In this document: positions 22,911-26,358 of the stretch, in pieces
Layout: each line of letters starts with the position of its first letter
How positions within the stretch are numbered: position 1 is the first letter of the stretch
Virus record (IMG/VR): IMGVR_UViG_3300022777_000016
Span: 1-26,358 of that record
Length of the DNA stretch: 26,358 nt
Strand: one strand, 5' to 3'
Source of the DNA: a virus
Taxonomy: Duplodnaviria > Caudoviricetes
Position numbers and translations under genes: made by a program
Notes under the pieces: generated by a model
The model's input: the letters and a program-made list of their open reading frames with translations, nothing else
What the model was told of the DNA's origin: nothing
Database searches by the model: none

Positions 22911-23063
22911 CTATGAATTACGCGAGCGCTCGAGGCGCTCGGTGGCTGCGCGCAAGCTCTTGAGGGCGACCTCGCGCTCGCTGTCTGTTGACAGCCGGTG
23001 CCCGACCGTTTCGGCTAGGCGGATCGCCTGGCGGATGAGCAGCAGTTTAGCCTGTAGCGGCAC
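22911..23063 (-). CDS. Possible 50-aa hypothetical protein
   Basis: Open frame fills the gap between the lipoprotein and DUF2730 genes; GTG 23063 preceded by GGGGGGAG with short spacing. Confidence 0.3.
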   Translation of the reverse strand: MPLQAKLLLIRQAIRLAETVGHRLSTDSEREVALKSLRAATERLERSRNS

Positions 23064-23490
23064 GACTCCCCCCAACGGCCATCGCGCTCGCTTCACGAAT
23101 CCAGGTCATCACCTTCTGCACGACGACGCGGTCGTCGGGGGCGAGCGTACCGCCGTCGATGCGGGCCTCGATCTCCACACGCACCGCATCGACCAGGTTG
23201 CTCGCGACAAGCTGTTCGGCCTGATCGAGCTGATCCCAGCGGATTTCGTCGCGTACGCGCTTCTCGACGGCGTCGAGGGTCGCCTCGGCGTTGCCGTCGA
23301 CGATCTCGAGGACCTGGCCGGCGATCTTGTGCACGCGCTGCGCACGCTCGGTGTCACTGTCGATGACCTTCAGTGTCGCGGACTGGATCGCCAGCTTGGC
23401 GGCGGGGGTGGTGTCGCCCTTGAGGGCGGCGCAGCCGCTGACGATCAGGGCGACGATCGCGAGCGCGACTAGGGCTTTGCGTGGCTGCAT
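23047..23490 (-). CDS. Lipoprotein in the lysis cassette (possible spanin component)
   Basis: Start revised to ATG 23490; MQPRK, hydrophobic stretch and lipobox VSG-C; helical mature region. Confidence 0.75.
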   Translation of the reverse strand: MQPRKALVALAIVALIVSGCAALKGDTTPAAKLAIQSATLKVIDSDTERAQRVHKIAGQVLEIVDGNAEATLDAVEKRVRDEIRWDQLDQAEQLVASNLVDAVRVEIEARIDGGTLAPDDRVVVQKVMTWIREASAMAVGGSRAATG

Positions 23491-23491
23491 G

Positions 23492-23719
23492 TCAGGTGTC
23501 CGCGTTGAGGTATTGAACGAGGGCATGTGCTAACACCCACACCATCGCGGCCGCCGGCAGGATGACCTCGTGGATCGGCACGTCGATGCCATAGTGCTGT
23601 TGCACGCCGGCGGCGAGTACCGTCGCCAGCTCCACGAGCCGGTCGGCTTTCTTGCCGGTGCCGCTCAGGGCCCGCTTGACGGGGCCAGGCACGCTGGCCG
23701 CCTCTTGCTCAGTTGACAT
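23492..23719 (-). CDS. Small membrane protein, holin candidate
   Basis: 75 aa with one strong and one weak hydrophobic segment, within the lysis block. Confidence 0.5.
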   Translation of the reverse strand: MSTEQEAASVPGPVKRALSGTGKKADRLVELATVLAAGVQQHYGIDVPIHEVILPAAAMVWVLAHALVQYLNADT

Positions 23720-24110
23720 ATCGCGCTCCCAGGCCGAGGCGCGCGCGCAGGTGTTGCCACGCGCCGTTGAGCCGCACCGCGTTGACCATCACGACGCGGC
23801 GCCAAGGGCGCACGCCGAGCTCGCGCATGGCGCGGTCGAATAGCCGGTTGCTGTGCTTCCAGCCGAGGCCACTGGCGAGTGCGTGGTCGTGGACGATAGC
23901 GGCGACGAAGTCGGTGCCGACGGGCGGGAAGATCGGCCAGAATGCGCGCGGCACGCTGGCGCCGTCGGTGGTGAAGCCGGCGGGCACGCGGTGGTCGACG
24001 TGCTGGATGTCGTGGCGCAATCGCCAGCGCGCGCGCTCGTCGGCGCTGATCGGGATGATCGTGTCGGTCCCGACGACGTACTCGATCGTGGTTCCCTGCG
24101 TGTCGGTCAT
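23709..24110 (-). CDS. DUF1353-family protein
   Basis: VPAGFTTDGASVPR.FW...AAIVHD...LF..AM..LGV motifs. Confidence 0.9.
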   Translation of the reverse strand: MTDTQGTTIEYVVGTDTIIPISADERARWRLRHDIQHVDHRVPAGFTTDGASVPRAFWPIFPPVGTDFVAAIVHDHALASGLGWKHSNRLFDRAMRELGVRPWRRVVMVNAVRLNGAWQHLRARLGLGARYVN

Positions 24111-24640
24111 GCGTAGGCCCGGCGCATCCAGCCGTCGATGAACGATTGGAACTTATCGTCGTGAGCGACGAGCGTGCGGTAGTAGCCCGCCGCCTCGGAT
24201 CGGATCGCGGCCAACAAAGCCATCTTCGGCGCCCCGTTGACCCGCTCCAGGGTCTCGGGGCCAATCAAGCCATCGACGGTGGTGGGCATGGAGATGGCGC
24301 GCAGGGCGTTCTGTAGGCACTTCACGCCACGGCGGTCGCCCATGTTCACGCAGAGGTCGAACACCTTGGCGGCGATCACTTGGCTTTCGATCGCGCCGAC
24401 GTCTAGGCGATTCCAGACCTGGCGGTAGTACTCAATCGCTCGATCGCGGGAGAGCTCGCGGATGTCGTCGACCTCGACGTCGCCGCCGTTGTCGCGATCG
24501 AACAAGTCGCCGTGTTCCTGGGCGGTGCGTAAACTGATGCCCCAGCGCGTCGCCCCACCGGGGTCGTCGGGGTGGTTGACGAACTCGCTGCCGCCCTCAC
24601 GTTCGAGGGTTTCCCCGACGGCGTCCATAAAATCGGCCAT
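24107..24640 (-). CDS. Endolysin, glycoside hydrolase family 108 with peptidoglycan-binding domain
   Basis: EGG...NHPDDPGGATRWGI catalytic motif; FD..VNMG, DG.IGP.T, F..GW..R. Confidence 0.94.
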   Translation of the reverse strand: MADFMDAVGETLEREGGSEFVNHPDDPGGATRWGISLRTAQEHGDLFDRDNGGDVEVDDIRELSRDRAIEYYRQVWNRLDVGAIESQVIAAKVFDLCVNMGDRRGVKCLQNALRAISMPTTVDGLIGPETLERVNGAPKMALLAAIRSEAAGYYRTLVAHDDKFQSFIDGWMRRAYA

Positions 24641-24711
24641 GTTGTTTTCTCTCCCCTCTCCGACAATCTAAGGTTTGACTATTCGTACCAAACTGCACCC
24701 GTAGATTGCAC

Positions 24712-24725
24712 GGGGAGATATATCC
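24712..24725 (-). promoter_or_regulatory. Candidate Mor/C activator-binding site of the lysis/late promoter (Plys-like)
   Basis: GGATATATCTCCCC on the minus strand, between the activator and endolysin genes; TACGAAT begins at the same 25-nt offset as CAGGAT at the 8216 copy. Confidence 0.55.
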
Positions 24726-24747
24726 GCGCCCGTCGTAGGCGCCGGCG

Positions 24748-25095
24748 CTAGTCTCGCCGGCTTTGCACGTCGCGAATATGGCGCACGTGGCGCGGCGACA
24801 GGCCGTGCTCGGCCGCCCCTTCGCGCGGGCTGGCGCCGGCTTCCAGGCGCTCGAGGATGGATTGGTCGCGTAAGCGGATGAGCGCGTTTCTTTCGGCCGG
24901 GAGCTCGATGGTCGCGCCACCGAAGTACGCCGACAGCTGACGGGCCGGACCCTCGCCGATGCGCAGGGCCACGGCACTGTCAGGTCGAGGCTGTTTGCGG
25001 ATATAGAGGCGGCGGCCGCCGTAGCCGCGCACGAGATCGAGGGTCGCTTGGGTGCCGATCACTTCGATGAGCCGGTTGATGCTGGCGAACGTCAC
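24748..25095 (-). CDS. Mor/C-family transcription activator (late-gene activator)
   Basis: Start revised to GTG 25095 (GGAGG RBS, GTGA overlap); IG..A...L...YGG.RLYI, FGG..I.LP, R...I...G.S....A..HGLS.RHVR HTH. Confidence 0.85.
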   Translation of the reverse strand: MTFASINRLIEVIGTQATLDLVRGYGGRRLYIRKQPRPDSAVALRIGEGPARQLSAYFGGATIELPAERNALIRLRDQSILERLEAGASPREGAAEHGLSPRHVRHIRDVQSRRD

Positions 25096-25571
25096 GTCGT
25101 GCCTCCAATGCGTCGGTCTTGGCGTCGTTGGGCGGCGGTCTGCTGCCCGTTGAGGTATTGCCATACGGTGTCGCGCGCCGACTCCCAGCCCCAGCACACG
25201 ACTGCCAGATGCCCGGCCTGGGTCATGCGATCGAGCCAAGTACGCTGCGAGGGCTCGGGCTTTCGCTCATAGGTCGCACGCACGGGCCCGCCACCGGGCG
25301 GGCGTTTCTGCACGATCGGCTTGAGCTCGACCCATAAGCCGTGGAAGCCGGCACGCGCGAGCGGTAGGTGAATATCGCTCACCCCGGCCAGGACACCAGC
25401 CCGCTTCAATCGAGCGGCCTCGCGGGCGTTGCGTCGGCCACCATTGGGGATCGCGTGGAGGTAGTCGGCGACCTTGGCGCCGGCTTCGACGTCGCAAGCG
25501 CTCGGCACATGCACGGATCGTGCCCATGAGAACAGCGCCATCTGATCGGATTCCTCACGACTTTGGGCCAT
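25092..25571 (-). CDS. VRR-NUC domain nuclease (Holliday-junction resolvase-like)
   Basis: Start revised to ATG 25571; E..DQ, HAIPNGG.R...EAARLK..GV.AGVSD, LWVELK, Q..W...M...G. Confidence 0.9.
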   Translation of the reverse strand: MAQSREESDQMALFSWARSVHVPSACDVEAGAKVADYLHAIPNGGRRNAREAARLKRAGVLAGVSDIHLPLARAGFHGLWVELKPIVQKRPPGGGPVRATYERKPEPSQRTWLDRMTQAGHLAVVCWGWESARDTVWQYLNGQQTAAQRRQDRRIGGTT

Positions 25572-25728
25572 CGCTCGTGCGCCCTCTGTATCCCAGGTCC
25601 TCGGTATCCATGACGTAGCGGTAGCGCCCGCACACGCCACACTGGCGCGTGGTCCCGGTGAACGTACCGGGTGGCATCCGCCACCCGGCATCGATCGCGC
25701 ACCCTCGGCAGATGTAGGGCGCTTCCAT
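25555..25728 (-). CDS. Small Zn-finger hypothetical protein (57 aa)
   Basis: ATG 25728 with TAATG overlap; two CxxC pairs (CRGC, CGVC). Confidence 0.65.
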   Translation of the reverse strand: MEAPYICRGCAIDAGWRMPPGTFTGTTRQCGVCGRYRYVMDTEDLGYRGRTSDGPKS

Positions 25729-26063
25729 TACGCCGACGCCGCCGTGGGCACGCCCGTCGGTCGGCACACCATCGCCCGCTTGCCGGTGACCGAGCAGCGC
25801 CGTGTCTCGGGGGCATCGGCATCGTAGCCGAGTATTTGAGCCCCGCCACGCTTGCGAAGCTCCGGCATCCGGCGCCCGACGATGTAGCGGTCAAGGCCGG
25901 CCGCCTCGGCAAGCTCAGCGGTGGTGATGCCATCGCGGCCGTGGCGCATGAGCGCCCGGCGCACCAGCTCGCGCTGGTTGGCGGCTCGCCCGCTGTGCTC
26001 GATGTCGGCGCCGGCGAGGTGGCTGGTGACGGGGTCGGTGTTGCGTGCGTTGGTCGTCGTCAT
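25728..26063 (-). CDS. Winged-HTH DNA-binding protein
   Basis: ARNTDP.TSH.A N-terminus and GITTAELA...GLDRY..GRRMPEL HTH; GGGAGG RBS. Confidence 0.8.
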   Translation of the reverse strand: MTTTNARNTDPVTSHLAGADIEHSGRAANQRELVRRALMRHGRDGITTAELAEAAGLDRYIVGRRMPELRKRGGAQILGYDADAPETRRCSVTGKRAMVCRPTGVPTAASA

Positions 26064-26080
26064 GGTTGCCTCCCTTGGGG

Positions 26081-26358
26081 TTACTGTGTGCCGCCGAACG
26101 CCAGGACGGGCGCCCCGTCCTCGGTCAGCCGTCGCCAGATGCGATCGCCGAGGTAGTGCTGCATCTCGTCGCGGGTGAGGTTACCCATGAGCACGGTCGG
26201 GCGCATGGCCTCGTAGCGGCCGTTGACGATGTCCAACAGCTGCGCCTGGCGCGTTTCCTCACGCCCGATCGCCACCCCGACCTCATCGAGGATGAGCAAG
26301 TCGGGCTCGGTGAACCGGGCCACCGCCTCACTCTCGGTCGTGTTGTCGCGGTAGCTAT
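26081..26358 (-). CDS. DnaC/IstB-like replication ATPase, C-terminal part (5' end outside the window)
   Basis: Frame is open to the window edge; PDLLILDEVG Walker B, IVNGRYE..RPT....NL, LGDRI..RL. Confidence 0.88.
   Translation of the reverse strand, partial: SYRDNTTESEAVARFTEPDLLILDEVGVAIGREETRQAQLLDIVNGRYEAMRPTVLMGNLTRDEMQHYLGDRIWRRLTEDGAPVLAFGGTQ

Larger units (their letters stand above)
1..26358 (-). mobile_element. Tailed phage/prophage segment (Mu-like head module, siphovirus-type tail, non-Mu terminase and replication genes)
   Basis: Contiguous, co-oriented, often stop/start-overlapping phage genes from replication to tape measure; no host housekeeping genes, att sites or transposase in the window. 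Confidence 0.97.

Noticed and set aside
6516-26086. Exact 13-mer CTTGGGGTTACTG at 6516-6528 and 26074-26086 (weaker copy near 5532)
   Set aside because: A few 13-bp matches are expected by chance in 26 kb, and I see no consistent promoter or structural context
26081-26358. IstB-like ATPase as evidence of an IS21 element
   Set aside because: Followed by wHTH, Zn-finger and VRR-NUC genes with no terminal inverted repeat; fits a phage DnaC-like helicase loader better, although the 5' context is outside the window
1-26358. tRNA, rRNA or other structured RNA genes
   Set aside because: Intergenic gaps are short, and I found no cloverleaf, T-loop or rRNA-like sequence

Overview
The whole window is part of a GC-rich tailed phage or prophage (long non-contractile tail inferred) with no host genes or ends visible. 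Most genes lie on the minus strand. From right to left they are: a DnaC/IstB-like loader (partial), wHTH, Zn-finger, VRR-NUC, a Mor/C-family late activator, a lysis block (GH108 endolysin, DUF1353, holin candidate, lipoprotein, DUF2730), a ParB-ParB-(ABC ATPase+GNAT)-formyltransferase cassette, TerS, TerL, a Mu-type portal, a 1445-aa MuF fusion, a small downstream gene, Mu I-type protease/scaffold, capsid decoration protein, major capsid, head-tail joining genes, tail tube and tape measure (partial; missed by the ORF track). Three things stand out. (1) The MuF head protein carries a long extension with a PI3/4K/HipA-like kinase domain and a putative C-terminal H-Y-E ADP-ribosyltransferase, followed by a candidate immunity gene. 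(2) A 3.1-kb inverted island between MuF and the protease ends in an AcrIF11-like anti-CRISPR and holds about 8 uncharacterised small genes. It has no aca gene and has two copies of a ~65-bp promoter/palindrome/hairpin module. (3) A candidate packaging-linked DNA base-modification cassette sits directly upstream of the terminase. A shared 14-bp motif upstream of the lysis and protease genes suggests Mu-style activator-dependent late promoters. All family calls come from motif recognition by eye; no searches were run.
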